This document shows, piece by piece, positions 14,289 to 25,338 of a stretch of DNA of 64,000 nucleotides. The number at the start of each line of letters is the position of its first letter. The first letter of the stretch is position 1. The position numbers were made by a program, and so were the translations under genes. Under the pieces are notes generated by a model, which was not told the origin of the DNA, made no database searches, and worked only from the letters and a program-made list of their open reading frames with translations. Source of the DNA: a virus; IMG/VR virus record IMGVR_UViG_3300029305_003918, one strand, 5' to 3'.

Positions 14289-15896
14289 TTGCGAAGAAGA
14301 TAGGATGAAATCCGTGCTAAAGGTTTTGCATTAACTCCGCCTCGCAGGGATATTGATTATATTGATCCGGAAAATAATGAGCCACTTGATTTTAGCAAGA
14401 TTCGTATTGGTCTACAAACCCTTGATGATGCTATTTTAGATTTGGGTGCTTTAAAAAAGACCAATCGTACATATGGTGACAAGAATGCGGTTTTACGCGC
14501 ATTAGCTACTAAGGATTATAACACCTTGCGTGAAATATCAAATTACTTCTATGAGGTAAGTGGTATCTATGAACGTCTATGCAAATATTTTGCATTTTTG
14601 TATAGATATGACTGGTATGTTGTTCCATATGTTGAAGATGATTCTATCAAGGAAGAAAAAATTCTAAGTGAGTTTTCTAAGGTTCTTAATTATTTAGATA
14701 ACTCAAATATTAAATACATGTGCGGCAATGTAGCCCTTTAGGTTATTAAGAATGGTTGCTACTATGGTTATATTGTAGATACCACTAATGGCATGACCTT
14801 GCAGGAATTGCCAGTTGCTTATTGTCGCAGTCGTTATATGGTTGGCGATTCGCCGGCCGTTGAGTTCAATATGAAGTTCTTTGATGATAAGTTCCCAACT
14901 ATTGAACAGCGACTTAGAATTTTAAAGATGTTCCCAGAAGAGTTTGCCAAAGGTTATGTTTTATACAAGAAAGGCAAACTTAAAGATGAATCTGGCTCTC
15001 AAGCTGGGTGGTATTTACTTGATCCCGCTTGTGCGATTAAATTAAATCTGAATGGTAGTGACTATCCAATTCTTGCAAATGCGATTCCCGCGATTTTGGA
15101 TTTGGATGCAGCGCAGGATTTAGACCGTCGCAAGACCATGCAGAAATTGTTGAAAATTGTAATTCAGAAACTTCCTCTTGATAAGAATGGTGATTTGATT
15201 TTTGACGTTGATGAAGCAAAAGATATTCACAACAATGCGGTTCAGATGTTGAAGCGTGCGGTTGGTGTAGACGTTATGACTACATTTGCGGATACCTCTG
15301 TTGCGGACTTGGCGGATAAAAATACTACAACCTCTACCGATGATTTGGAAAAGGTTGAAAGAACTTTGTATAACCAATTTGGTGTTTCTTAGAACTTGTT
15401 TAATACAGATGGTAATATTGCTCTTGAAAAGTCTATCTTAAATGATGAGGCTTCAATGCGCAATTTGATTCTACAGTTTGGTAATATGTTAAACAAGATC
15501 GTTCGTCACAAGTTCCCCGGTAAGAAGAAGTATAACTTTAGAGTGTATATGTTGGAGACGACAGTCTACAACTACATCGAGCTTGCGAAGATGTATAAGG
15601 AACAAGTGCAGATTGGTTACTCCAAGATGCTACCGCAGATTGCGATGGGTCATTCTCAAAGTGCTATTATTGCTACTGCACACTTTGAAAATGAAGTATT
15701 GCACTTGTATGAAATTATGATCCCACCGATTATGAGTTCTACAATGAATGGTGAGGACATCTTAGGATAGAAGGCTTAGAAGAAAGCTCAAAGTTCTTAG
15801 ACAGGTTCTTCCTCTGAAAATAAAGGCGGTCGTCCTGAAAAACCAGATGGACAGAAATCTGAAAAAACTATTTAGAATAAGGAATCTGCTAATTAA
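14289..15896 (+). CDS. Portal protein candidate (~535 aa; about 7 in-frame TAGs; TTG start)
   Basis: Track ORFs 14442-14741, 14793-15392 and 15396-15770 share one frame and are joined only by TAG codons. The frame continues to a TAA at 15894. The assignment is by size and position after the terminase. The start TTG lies 8 nt after AAGGAGG, and its coordinate may be off by 1. Confidence 0.5.
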
Positions 15897-15911
15897 GGAG
15901 GAAGTTAAATA

Positions 15912-17321
15912 ATGCATATTAGTGTTCCAGTTGAAGCTACTGTTGAATTGCTTAACTTCACTCCTGTTAACCCTTTAATCTCTAAGTGTCAGATTAAAGT
16001 GTGTTATGTGGGAGAAGATCCCAATAGAAACCACAGTGTAATTACCAAGGCTGTTGCCACTGATATGGCGAAGTCATTGCCAGGTTGCCCTATTGTTGGT
16101 TTTTTTAATGAGGCTACTGGTGATTTTGAAGAGCATAATCGTATGATTGATGTTTCAAATGGTAAGTTTGATATTATTGATACCACTCGACCATATGGTT
16201 TCGTTGATTTGGGAGCAAAAGTCTGGTTCCAGAAATTCTTAGATGATGGTGTTGAGCATGAGTACCTTATGACTGAAGGTTATATTTGGGATGATGTGTA
16301 CCCAGAGGCTAAGCGTATCATTGAGAAGGGGAATAATCAGTCCATGGAACTTCATAATAAACTTACAAAAGGGAAGTGGACAACAGACGATAATGGAATG
16401 CCTAAGTTTTTCATTATCAATGAAGCAATTATCCAAAAATTGTGTATTCTTGGAGAGAACGTCGAACCTTGCTTTGAGGGAGCGGGTATCGCTTCGCAGT
16501 TCTCTATTGATGGAGAGTTCAAGGAACAATTGTTCTCCATGATTAAAGAATTACAAACAGCTTTACAAGAAGGAGGAAAAACTCAAATGAATGAGGATAT
16601 TAAGACCCCTATGACTGAGGAGGAGCAGAATATCGAGAATTCAGCCGAAGAGACTGAGTTCAAGAAGAAGCCCGACGAGGAAGAGGAAAAGAAAGAAGAG
16701 AAAAAGCCTCCATTCCCTCCAAAGAAGGACGAAGATGATTCAGAGGATAAGAAGGAATCTGAAGAGTCTGAGGAGGATGAAGACGAAGACGAGGACAAGA
16801 AGAAGAAGGGTAAGAAGAAGTTCGCCAAGTCCGATGATGAAGAAGAGGACGAGGATGACAAGAAGTGCCCGAAGTGCGGAAAACCTGCGTCTGAATGCTC
16901 TTGCAATAAAGAAAAGAAGTATAATCTTGAAGAGATTCCAGAATATGTTGAGCTCGCCAAGAATTATGCTGCTCTCGAAGTAAAGTGTGCTTCTCTTGAG
17001 AAGGAAATCGCTCCACTTCGTGAGTTTAAGGCCACTGCTGATCGTAAGGAAAAGCAGGCTATGATTGATGGCTTCTATATGTTGACTGAAACTGACAAGG
17101 CTGATGTTGTTGCTAATATTGACAACTATTCCTTGGATGATATTGAAGCCAAGCTTTCTATTATTTGTGTTCGTAACAAGGTTAATTTCAGCCTTGATAA
17201 CGATAAACAAGAACCCGAAAAACAGGATCCAATGGTTTATTCCCTTGGTGACAACGACGATGGCAATGACAATGCACCAGCCTGGATTAAGGCCGTGCGT
17301 GAGACTGCCAAAACTATGTAA
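15912..17321 (+). CDS. Head protein (469 aa) with an N-terminal globular domain, a long acidic/lysine low-complexity linker and a coiled-coil C-terminus; a possible prohead protease or scaffold fusion
   Basis: Intact ORF with no TAG. The linker reads EEEKKEEKKPPFPP...EDEDEDEDKKKKGKKK and is followed by a coiled coil. Confidence 0.3.
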   Translation: MHISVPVEATVELLNFTPVNPLISKCQIKVCYVGEDPNRNHSVITKAVATDMAKSLPGCPIVGFFNEATGDFEEHNRMIDVSNGKFDIIDTTRPYGFVDLGAKVWFQKFLDDGVEHEYLMTEGYIWDDVYPEAKRIIEKGNNQSMELHNKLTKGKWTTDDNGMPKFFIINEAIIQKLCILGENVEPCFEGAGIASQFSIDGEFKEQLFSMIKELQTALQEGGKTQMNEDIKTPMTEEEQNIENSAEETEFKKKPDEEEEKKEEKKPPFPPKKDEDDSEDKKESEESEEDEDEDEDKKKKGKKKFAKSDDEEEDEDDKKCPKCGKPASECSCNKEKKYNLEEIPEYVELAKNYAALEVKCASLEKEIAPLREFKATADRKEKQAMIDGFYMLTETDKADVVANIDNYSLDDIEAKLSIICVRNKVNFSLDNDKQEPEKQDPMVYSLGDNDDGNDNAPAWIKAVRETAKTM

Positions 17322-17347
17322 TTAGATATCAAAGGAGGAGCTAAAAA

Positions 17348-18052
17348 ATGGCTTTTAAAAGATTATCTCCTGAAGCTAAGTATGTAACTTATGGCTTCGG
17401 TCAGGTTGAGCCTAACCATCTCTCCGCACAGCGCACTGGTGAAATTTATGCTCAGTTGCCTGCTCATAAGGATATCAAGATCCTAGAGAATGGTCAGTTT
17501 GCTAAGTACAACTATGTAAATGGTACTGTTGATTTTGAAGGTAAGGGCGAATGGATGCTTATCTTCAATGAAGTTAAGGTCTATGCTCCATGGGAGACCG
17601 ACCAGGACTTCGCTATGATCGCTCGTGACTACAATGGTTATGTTTATAGCCCAGTTGGCGCTAAGGGCGATGTTGACAACCAGATGAAGACTATCGGTGC
17701 TGAGACCGATGTTTATGCTGCTGGTTATACTGATGAGGGTGCTGCTGATGACTTTGGTCGTATGCATTTGAAGATTGGTCAGTCCTATGAGATTGAGAAT
17801 CTAAATCAGCCTCAGCTACTTTCTGATGTTCAGGGTATGATGACTCCTCGTCTATTCAAGACTCATGAGGGCGACATCTTTACTACTAACTGTGTTGCAG
17901 AGGAAACTCTTGCTCTTGGTGACATTCTTGCTCCTAATGCAAAGGGCTACTTGGCTAAGACCGAGGCTGAGTCCGGCATGTTGTGGCAGGTTGTTAAGGT
18001 ATACAATTTAGGCGATATGCAGAAGGCCGTTAAGGTCATGCGTATTCAGTAA
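17348..18052 (+). CDS. Head protein (234 aa); a scaffold or decoration candidate
   Basis: Intact ORF with no TAG. Lies between the portal or protease region and the putative capsid gene. Confidence 0.3.
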   Translation: MAFKRLSPEAKYVTYGFGQVEPNHLSAQRTGEIYAQLPAHKDIKILENGQFAKYNYVNGTVDFEGKGEWMLIFNEVKVYAPWETDQDFAMIARDYNGYVYSPVGAKGDVDNQMKTIGAETDVYAAGYTDEGAADDFGRMHLKIGQSYEIENLNQPQLLSDVQGMMTPRLFKTHEGDIFTTNCVAEETLALGDILAPNAKGYLAKTEAESGMLWQVVKVYNLGDMQKAVKVMRIQ

Positions 18053-18075
18053 TTCGGAAAGGAGAGAAACTAGCT

Positions 18076-19122
18076 ATGTTAGAAAGAAATGAACTTTTGA
18101 AGCTTATGAAGGCTACTGCTAAAGCTGATCGCTCCGCTCCGGTTGCTTACAGCTTTAACGGCGAGAATTTGACTTATGATGCTCTTAATGAGACTCTTCG
18201 CCGTGAACTCAACGAGTATGCTGGCACTTTCGCTCAGTATCGTGAGAATAAGAATTTGATTTTTGCTCTAATTGAGCAGACTATGGATGAAGTACTTCCT
18301 AAGAAGGTTATGGAAAACTATGGTCAGTTTGCTGAGATCAAGACCATTGGTCAGGGCGATAAGGCTATCTTCCATCGTCACCATGATCGTCAGCGTGCTA
18401 AGCAGTTTATTACCAAGGTCGGACTTGCAGGTATCTACGAAGTCTTTAAGCTTGGTAAGGATACTGCTATCGAAATGCAGACCAGCGCTATTGGTGGCGC
18501 AGCTCAGATCGGTCTTGAGGAGTTCCTTGATGGTCGTGCTGATTTTGCTGAAGTTACCAAGATCGTTATGGACGGCATGGACGAGCTTATTTACTGGGAG
18601 ATCGGTCAGGCTCTTAAGACTGGTTTGAATCAGCTTCCAACCATGAATAAGGTTGAGGCTTCTGCTTTCGACGAGAAGGCATTCGATCGTCTTATTTCTA
18701 TTGCTGCAGCTTATGGTACTCCTACCATCTACTGCACTGAGGAGTTTGCTAGCACCATTCGTCCTGAGAATGCTAATATGTGGTCTGACAACATGAAGGA
18801 TGTTATCTGGAATAATGGTCGCTTTGCTTCTTATAAGAATCATCCTGTTGTTATTCTTCCACAAGGTTTCACTGATGCTACTCATACCGAGAAGGTTATT
18901 GATCCTTCCCATTGCTACATCCTACCTGGTTCTGTAAAGCCAGCTAAGGTTGTTATGGAAGGTGCTACCATTGTTGACGAGTATGTTAACAAGGATCGTA
19001 GCCGTGAAATCCAGGTTTACAAGAAGGTTGGCGTTGGCGTCGTTATGACTCCTGACATTTGCGTTTATGTAAACAACTCCTTGGATACCAAGGTTTATGA
19101 TGGTGACAAGGTTTCTGGTTAA
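18076..19122 (+). CDS. Major capsid protein candidate (348 aa)
   Basis: Size and position fit. No TAG. Strong SD. Followed by a strong intrinsic terminator, as expected of a highly expressed gene. Confidence 0.45.
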   Translation: MLERNELLKLMKATAKADRSAPVAYSFNGENLTYDALNETLRRELNEYAGTFAQYRENKNLIFALIEQTMDEVLPKKVMENYGQFAEIKTIGQGDKAIFHRHHDRQRAKQFITKVGLAGIYEVFKLGKDTAIEMQTSAIGGAAQIGLEEFLDGRADFAEVTKIVMDGMDELIYWEIGQALKTGLNQLPTMNKVEASAFDEKAFDRLISIAAAYGTPTIYCTEEFASTIRPENANMWSDNMKDVIWNNGRFASYKNHPVVILPQGFTDATHTEKVIDPSHCYILPGSVKPAKVVMEGATIVDEYVNKDRSREIQVYKKVGVGVVMTPDICVYVNNSLDTKVYDGDKVSG

Positions 19123-19137
19123 TTAAATAAATATATC

Positions 19138-19166
19138 GGGGAGGGATCACTCCCTCCCCATTTTTG
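19138..19166 (+). terminator. Intrinsic terminator after the putative major capsid gene
   Basis: GGGGAGGGA-TCAC-TCCCTCCCC followed by ATTTTT. Confidence 0.6.
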
Positions 19167-19186
19167 AGTAAAAGGAGTTTTAAAAT

Positions 19187-19777
19187 ATGAGTGATAAGAA
19201 AGTTTCTGTAAAGAATAGAAGTAGTTCTATGGTTGTATACAGTGTGCCGGAAATGGGTGTTCGTCGCGAGTTTGCTCCCAACGAAGTAAAAACCATTTCT
19301 ATGGACGAACTAAATGCTCTGTCTTATTTGCCCGGCGGCATGAATCTAATTCGCAAGCATCTATTTGTTCAGGATGAGTCCGCTCTACAAGAAATGTCTG
19401 TAAAAGTTGAGCCTGAATATTATTTGGATGAAAAGGGTGTTATTGATCTACTTGAAAAAGGTTCTATTGATGCATTCTTAGATTGTTTGGATTTTGCTCC
19501 CGAAGGCGTGCTTGATTTAATTAAGAAGCACGCTGTGGCACTTCCAGTAAATGATAATCGTAAGCGTGAAGCTATCAAAGAAAAGATGGGCTTCGACGTA
19601 ACCGCAGCGATTAAGCATTTGGAAGAAGCTCGCAAGGCAGAGGAAGAAGAGTCTGGCGTGAAAGCCGAAGCAATTACTCCTGTGCGTCGTGTGAAGACTG
19701 AGGAAGCACAGCCTGCTACTGGCCGTCGTACCGCAGTCCCGCAGTATAAGGTAGTCACTCCAAAGCAGGAGGCGTAA
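19187..19777 (+). CDS. Hypothetical head-tail joining or head-completion protein (196 aa)
   Basis: Intact ORF with SD AAAAGGAG. Confidence 0.35.
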   Translation: MSDKKVSVKNRSSSMVVYSVPEMGVRREFAPNEVKTISMDELNALSYLPGGMNLIRKHLFVQDESALQEMSVKVEPEYYLDEKGVIDLLEKGSIDAFLDCLDFAPEGVLDLIKKHAVALPVNDNRKREAIKEKMGFDVTAAIKHLEEARKAEEEESGVKAEAITPVRRVKTEEAQPATGRRTAVPQYKVVTPKQEA

Positions 19778-19780
19778 TCA

Positions 19781-20419
19781 ATGGCAACATCCTTTGAAAC
19801 TATCTATAATAGATTCTTCGGCAAGATTACAGATGATATGTATCTTGAGTTGACCTATGAAGATACTTTGCGTGATGTAAAACAGTTTCTATTGGATGCC
19901 ATCCCATTTTTTGAATTTCCTCGTTTTCAATTGTATAACTACGACGAAGAGCTGGAACAGTATAATGTCGATCTAACGATTGAAGAAATTCATATTTTAG
20001 CTCTTTTGATGAAAACTGCTTGGCTTGAGCGATAGATCAATTCTATTGAGAATACTCGAATGAAGTATTCTGGTTCAGACTTCAAAATGACTTCTCAAGC
20101 CAATCATTTATCTAAACTATTACAATTAAAATCAGAGAATGTGCGTGAGTCAACTCACGCACAACGTTTATATAAACGTCGTAGAAATACCAGTGATGGT
20201 AGAATTGAATCTAATTGGAGTATCTTCAGACAAAGTGTATTTGATGGAGGTGCTACCACTTCCACAACAGTGGGTACTGGTACTGGTTCTAATGTAAATG
20301 GCAATATTAATTGCGATTGCGATGATCCAGACTGGATCCCAATCACTAGTGATAAAACTTCTAACACAGAAGATTGTAACTGTGATGATATGTGGGGATG
20401 GGAGGCAATTGGAAAATGA
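19781..20419 (+). CDS. Hypothetical protein (212 aa; 1 TAG) with a Cys/Asp-rich C-terminus
   Basis: Track ORFs 19781-20035 and 20060-20419 are in the same frame and joined through the TAG at 20033. The protein ends NCDCDDPDW...CNCDDMWGW. Confidence 0.45.
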
Positions 20420-20706
20420 TTTTTTCTAATGAAACTCTCAATAAAGATTTAAGACGTTTAATAAACCAAGTTTGGAAATTGCTACCAATGCGAGAAAATA
20501 ATGAGGATTGGCAAAAGCAATTAGGCTCTGTTTTGAATGAATTGTATGGTCTATAGGCAATGTTTGGCGATCAATTGAATCTTTTAATTCTTTTATCGAA
20601 ATTAGAAGGTTTGCCGCAGACCACAGATTTTATGACATATAGAGTAGCTGTATTTAGTTCTATTTCTTTATTAACTGAATTAGCTAACTCTTTATTGGAT
20701 GGATAA
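20416..20706 (+). CDS. Hypothetical protein (96 aa; 1 TAG)
   Basis: Its ATG overlaps the upstream TGA as ATGA. It reads through the TAG at ~20557 to a TAA at 20704. Confidence 0.4.
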
Positions 20707-21643
20707 TTTAGATAGAATGCGAATTCGTGCGATTTACGCGAATAATGATCGCCAGCGTGAGCGCATGATTCGAGATAAAGAACGCTCTTTTCATCGTGCA
20801 CTTTTGTATTCTTATCAATCTGGTTGGATTAGAAAAGATGCAGAAGATGCTGAATGGTGTAGGGCATTAATCAATCCGGATAAAGTGAAATTTGACTATG
20901 ATGAAAAAATTGTATCGGTCGATTGGAAACATGACTTTAAGCCGGGTGATACTTTTGAATGGCCAAAGGATTCTCATATCCATTGGATTATTCTTAAACA
21001 AGAGTTAACGGAGTTAGCCTACTTTAGGGGCAATATTAGACGATGCCAAGAGATTGAAGTAGAAGATCCAGACACTGGAGATAAATTAACAATCTATGGC
21101 TCAATTAGAGGACCAGTTGAAACTAAAATTAATACAATTCAAAAGGCTGGTATTGTTGCAGATGTGCCGAATATGTCATTAGTTTTTTATGTACCAAATA
21201 CAGAAAAAAATCGACAATTATTTGAGCGCTACTGTAGATTTTCATTTGCGGGACGCACTTGGATGGTGCAAGCTCCTGATGCTATTAGTACACCAGGAGT
21301 ATTGGAAGTGACTGCAGAAGAAGATTATGATTGTCATCATGATGAATTGCTTGTAGAGGTTGTTGATCCCAATAAAGAGGTTGAGGCACCATTGGCGCCG
21401 CAAATTTCTGGAGAAACATTTATTAAACCTTTGCAAAGTGTATCTTATACCTCTAATCTTATTGATCCCGATTGCTATTGGTATATTACGTTAGCTTCTG
21501 ATAATAAAGAGGTTGCTGATGTATTAACTTGGAGCACAGATAAAAATGTGTTAACTGTTCAATGGACCGCGATGGTTAGTGGACAATTTGAAATTCATTA
21601 TGGACCTCTTGTAAAAACAGTTGTTGTTGAATCGCTGTTTTAA
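20699..21643 (+). CDS. Hypothetical protein (314 aa)
   Basis: Intact track ORF that overlaps the upstream stop. Confidence 0.45.
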   Translation: MDNLDRMRIRAIYANNDRQRERMIRDKERSFHRALLYSYQSGWIRKDAEDAEWCRALINPDKVKFDYDEKIVSVDWKHDFKPGDTFEWPKDSHIHWIILKQELTELAYFRGNIRRCQEIEVEDPDTGDKLTIYGSIRGPVETKINTIQKAGIVADVPNMSLVFYVPNTEKNRQLFERYCRFSFAGRTWMVQAPDAISTPGVLEVTAEEDYDCHHDELLVEVVDPNKEVEAPLAPQISGETFIKPLQSVSYTSNLIDPDCYWYITLASDNKEVADVLTWSTDKNVLTVQWTAMVSGQFEIHYGPLVKTVVVESLF

Positions 21644-21658
21644 GAGGGAGGGGTATGC

Positions 21659-22405
21659 ATGTTGCAGTTAATGGCTGGAACCGATATCCCAATTCCAGAA
21701 TTAGGTACAAGTTTACATTAGCCAACTATTAGAGAAATTTCTTTCTTAGGCGAAGAATAGTATTTTTCATCGTTACAAATACTATGCTTCAATAAATAGA
21801 TAATCATAGCTGCAAACCCATAGGGCAGTTCTGCTCTATAGGCTATGAATAATTTTTAGATATTTATGACGTTGGTAACAGACCCAGAAATGAAAAACGT
21901 AAATGAAAAACGAAATGCAATGATTTCAATGTTTGTATTACTTTTTCCTGGGTATACCGCTCAATTTCTTCCTCATAGCATCTATTTTAATAATGCTGAA
22001 ACTTAGCACCACTTTGTTTTAGATGAAAATAATTTTGATGCTTTTTAGGCTGTATTAACAAATATGGCTGGTATGAATAATACTGCGGGTGGATAGAATT
22101 CTAATTTCAACCCTGCTAATGAGCGAGCCGCTCAAATTGCGGCCAAGCTAATGAAAGGTCGTTAGAGAGCAGCCCAGCTACGAGGAGAAGGGGAAGGAAG
22201 CGTGTTAGCTCGTTATGTATCTATTCTTACTATTGGATTAAATTCAATGAGTCTAGATAAGTGTTTAGATCTAACTGTTTATTAGCTATATGATTTAATT
22301 GAACGATATGGCTTATGGATTAGTTGGGATTTAGACATACGGTCTCGCTTGGCCGGAGGTAAACCCGATGGCAAGCCCAATGATTGGATGAAAAATATCC
22401 ATTAA
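21659..22405 (+). CDS. Hypothetical protein (~248 aa) carrying about 14 in-frame TAG codons
   Basis: SD GAGGGAGGGG then ATG at 21659. A single frame runs to a TAA at 22403 with 14 TAGs and no TAA or TGA. It is invisible to the ORF track. With TAG read as Q the translation is protein-like (for example NPQGSSALQAMNNFQIF and VYQLYDLIERYGLW). Confidence 0.5.
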
Positions 22406-22430
22406 TTGAATTTTAAGGAGGAAAAAACCT

Positions 22431-23363
22431 ATGAAATTTGGTGTACGCGAAATTTGTGACGTTGTGCTAAAGAAGAAGGCCGGCGGTTATTTCGGTAAGC
22501 TTTATTTGGATAAGAACATGCCTGTTCTTTATTTCGATACCTTGAAGACTTCCAGTCTTGAAGGTACTGCTACTACTGTTTATGCTCAGGGTGGTAAAGG
22601 TAATCCTCGCTTGGTAGCTTGGGAAGGCGACCGCGTTGTAACCTTTACTATGGAAGATGCTTTGATTTCTCCTGAGAGCTTCTCCATTCTTTCTGGTGCT
22701 GGTTTCATGGATGCTTCTGATGATGAGAAGATTTATGTTCATGCTACCGAACAGTTGGAAGTTGTTAATGATGGTGGCGCTCTAAAGGTTAAGCTTGAGA
22801 AGAAGCCTTCTAATCAGGGTGAAATGTATATCATGCTCATGACTGAGGACGGCTCTATTGATGCTTCTAAGCTACCTATGCAGATTGCTTCTACTGATAT
22901 TGGTGCAGAAATGGTTATTCAGGATGTTCTTGATAACTGGGCTACCGCTTACAATCAGGATGCTCGTCATATTGAATTGAAGCTACCCACTCAGAACGCT
23001 CCTACTGTTGCAGAAGGCGACATTCTTTATGTTGACTACTACATCGAAGCTGCTAAGGGCGTAAAGCAGATTGATATTGAAGCTGGTAAGTTCGGTGGTT
23101 CTTACTATCTTGAAGCTTCTACCTTGTTCCGTGATCAGGCAACTGGTGATGACTTCCCTGCAGAGTTCATTATTCCAAACTGCAAGGTTCAGTCTAACTT
23201 CACCTTCACCATGGCTCCTACCGGTGATCCTTCCACCTTCACCTTTACCATGGATGCTTTCCCGGATTATACCAAGTTTGACAAGACCAAGAAGGTTATT
23301 GCTGCTCTTCAGATCGTTGAAGATGCTGGTATCTTCGGTCAGTTGGATGAAGCACAAGAATAA
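22431..23363 (+). CDS. Major tail (tube) protein candidate (310 aa)
   Basis: Intact ORF with strong SD TAAGGAGG and a strong terminator downstream. Positioned upstream of the chaperone-like and tape measure genes. Confidence 0.4.
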   Translation: MKFGVREICDVVLKKKAGGYFGKLYLDKNMPVLYFDTLKTSSLEGTATTVYAQGGKGNPRLVAWEGDRVVTFTMEDALISPESFSILSGAGFMDASDDEKIYVHATEQLEVVNDGGALKVKLEKKPSNQGEMYIMLMTEDGSIDASKLPMQIASTDIGAEMVIQDVLDNWATAYNQDARHIELKLPTQNAPTVAEGDILYVDYYIEAAKGVKQIDIEAGKFGGSYYLEASTLFRDQATGDDFPAEFIIPNCKVQSNFTFTMAPTGDPSTFTFTMDAFPDYTKFDKTKKVIAALQIVEDAGIFGQLDEAQE

Positions 23364-23383
23364 TTTAATACTATGACAATATA

Positions 23384-23421
23384 GGGAGATACTAACTTCG
23401 GTTAGTATCTCCCTTTTTTTT
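23384..23421 (+). terminator. Intrinsic terminator after the putative major tail gene
   Basis: GGGAGATACTAAC-TTCG-GTTAGTATCTCCC followed by TTTTTTTT. Confidence 0.65.
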
Positions 23422-23445
23422 ATTTGCGAAAAAGGAGAATGATAT

Positions 23446-23979
23446 ATGAAAGTCGGACAAAATTTTTTCCCAAAATCCAGTTTTTTATCTGTAGATAAAG
23501 ATTTATCGATCATTATTAATAAAATTCTAAACAATGATAGATTATGTAAACTGCTTTATTATACTGAAAAAGATTGTTTAAAAGCAGAAAATTTAACCAT
23601 GGCACAAAAATTGTCTATGATCAATAAGCAAATTAAAATTGTGCCTTGGATTTTTATTGATAAAGAATGTCCTAATTATATTATTGTATCTATGACTGAT
23701 TTTATGCCAAATGACACTAATCCTGAATTTAGAGATTGTGCAATTGAAATTAAAGTTTTATGTCATCCAGATCACTGGAATCTTGGTGATTTTGCTTTAC
23801 GTCCTTATAAAATTATGGGCGAAATTGATGCTATGTTAAATGGTCAAAAGCTAACTGGAATTGGAGAAGTTACATTAAGAATTTGTTCTGGTTTAAATAT
23901 GAATAGTGAATTATGCGGATTGTCTGCAACTTATGATGCCGTACATGGAGTAGAAGATCAAATTAAGCCTTTGTCTTAA
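23446..23979 (+). CDS. Hypothetical tail protein (177 aa)
   Basis: Intact ORF with SD AAAAGGAG. Confidence 0.35.
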   Translation: MKVGQNFFPKSSFLSVDKDLSIIINKILNNDRLCKLLYYTEKDCLKAENLTMAQKLSMINKQIKIVPWIFIDKECPNYIIVSMTDFMPNDTNPEFRDCAIEIKVLCHPDHWNLGDFALRPYKIMGEIDAMLNGQKLTGIGEVTLRICSGLNMNSELCGLSATYDAVHGVEDQIKPLS

Positions 23980-23992
23980 GGAGTAATTGACT

Positions 23993-25270
23993 ATGGGAAA
24001 ATATAGTTTTATAACAGAAGCAGCCCAAAAAGCGGCAGATGATATTATTGATATTTTATCAAAAGCTTCTGACGCTTTAGTAGATGAAAATAATATACAA
24101 GGATAGGTATTACGCGAAAAAGCTAAATTATTTGTAGATGCTTATCAGGTATTAGATGCAGCTGTGAGTGAATATAATGCTATAGCTTCTAAATATATGA
24201 CACAATTAACAGAAACTTAGAAGCGCACTGGTATAGCAAAAATCCGTATTAATACAATTAGAGCATATTAGTCTGGTGAGTTATCTTTGGATGATTCTGG
24301 CAGAGAAGCTATGGAACAATTATTAAATATAAAAAAAGAAGCAGAAGCACAGCGACAAAAGTTACGTGTATTAGAAGGCAAACAAAGAACAATTGATAAA
24401 CTATTATTAACTGCTGAATAGGCACGTAATGAGTTTCAAAATGCACTATTAGATTTAGTGAATAGACGTATTGAATATTTGTATGTTGTTAAAGGTAAAA
24501 AAGGCACTGTGGATATTCGTTTATTGGGTAATGCAAAAGAATTTAGTGAAAAATATTTATATACAGACTTTGCTTCTTTGAGTCATGGTGGTCGTGCAAC
24601 CGCTCGTGTTAAAACTATTAAAGATTCAGATGGCAAACATTTTACTTTAATAGATAAAGCTTTAGAAACTATTGGGACTCAATTAACCGCATTTTATGAT
24701 GAGTTATCTCGTAGAATGGAAATTGCGCAAGATAAAGGCACTAATCTTTTAATGTGGAAAATTGGCGGAGAATGGAATAAAGTAGAAATCAGCTCTTTAG
24801 GTGATTTAGCAGAAACTTATGCAAATATTTTAGTAACTTTTAGCACAAGGCTTATGAATAATCCCAATTTAAAAAATCCAGTTGACATTATGCCAGATTT
24901 TTTAAAACCTAATCATGGCAATTGGGATGAGCGCATTGATGATTTTGTACGAGGATGGTTACATCAAGTAGATAATGCTCCAGGTTTCTTATCAGAAGAT
25001 ATTGAAGGCGGAGTAGATATTAATGGTAAAACTATTTATTATGGCGTAAAGAGTAATGGCGCATCCGCGGCGGGTATGGAAACTGTATATAAATTTGCAT
25101 TACGTATCAAAGATTTTGAAGCCAAAATGGATTTAGAAGAAAAGTAGTATTGGGCTCGACAATTTTCAGCAACAATAATAGGACCTAAACGAAATTAGAT
25201 TGTATAGCTTATTGAATCTGAATTAGCAGATTTAGAAAGTATATTAGATTAGATTGGACGAACGCGATGA
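23993..25270 (+). CDS. Hypothetical protein (~425 aa; at least 8 TAGs)
   Basis: ATG at 23993. The frame of track ORF 24458-25147 extends both upstream and downstream through TAGs to a TGA at 25268. Confidence 0.45.
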
Positions 25271-25276
25271 TTTAAC

Positions 25277-25305
25277 TTGACAAACAAAAAATTTTCTGGT
25301 ATAAT
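25277..25305 (+). promoter_or_regulatory. Internal consensus promoter upstream of the chaperone-like and tape-measure genes
   Basis: TTGACA-N17(..TGG)-TATAAT on the plus strand, immediately after the TGA stop of the preceding gene. Confidence 0.5.
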
Positions 25306-25338
25306 ATATACATAAAATGAGAAAAAGGAGAGATTAGC

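Noticed and set aside
16583-17210. Minus-strand low-complexity ORFs (16583-16960, 16660-17016, 16740-17210) and other antisense ORFs in the late region (for example 22983-23534, 31142-31567 and 50575-50922)
   Set aside because: They are antisense to intact or recoded plus-strand genes. They lack a ribosome-binding site, and their compositional bias mirrors the opposite strand.
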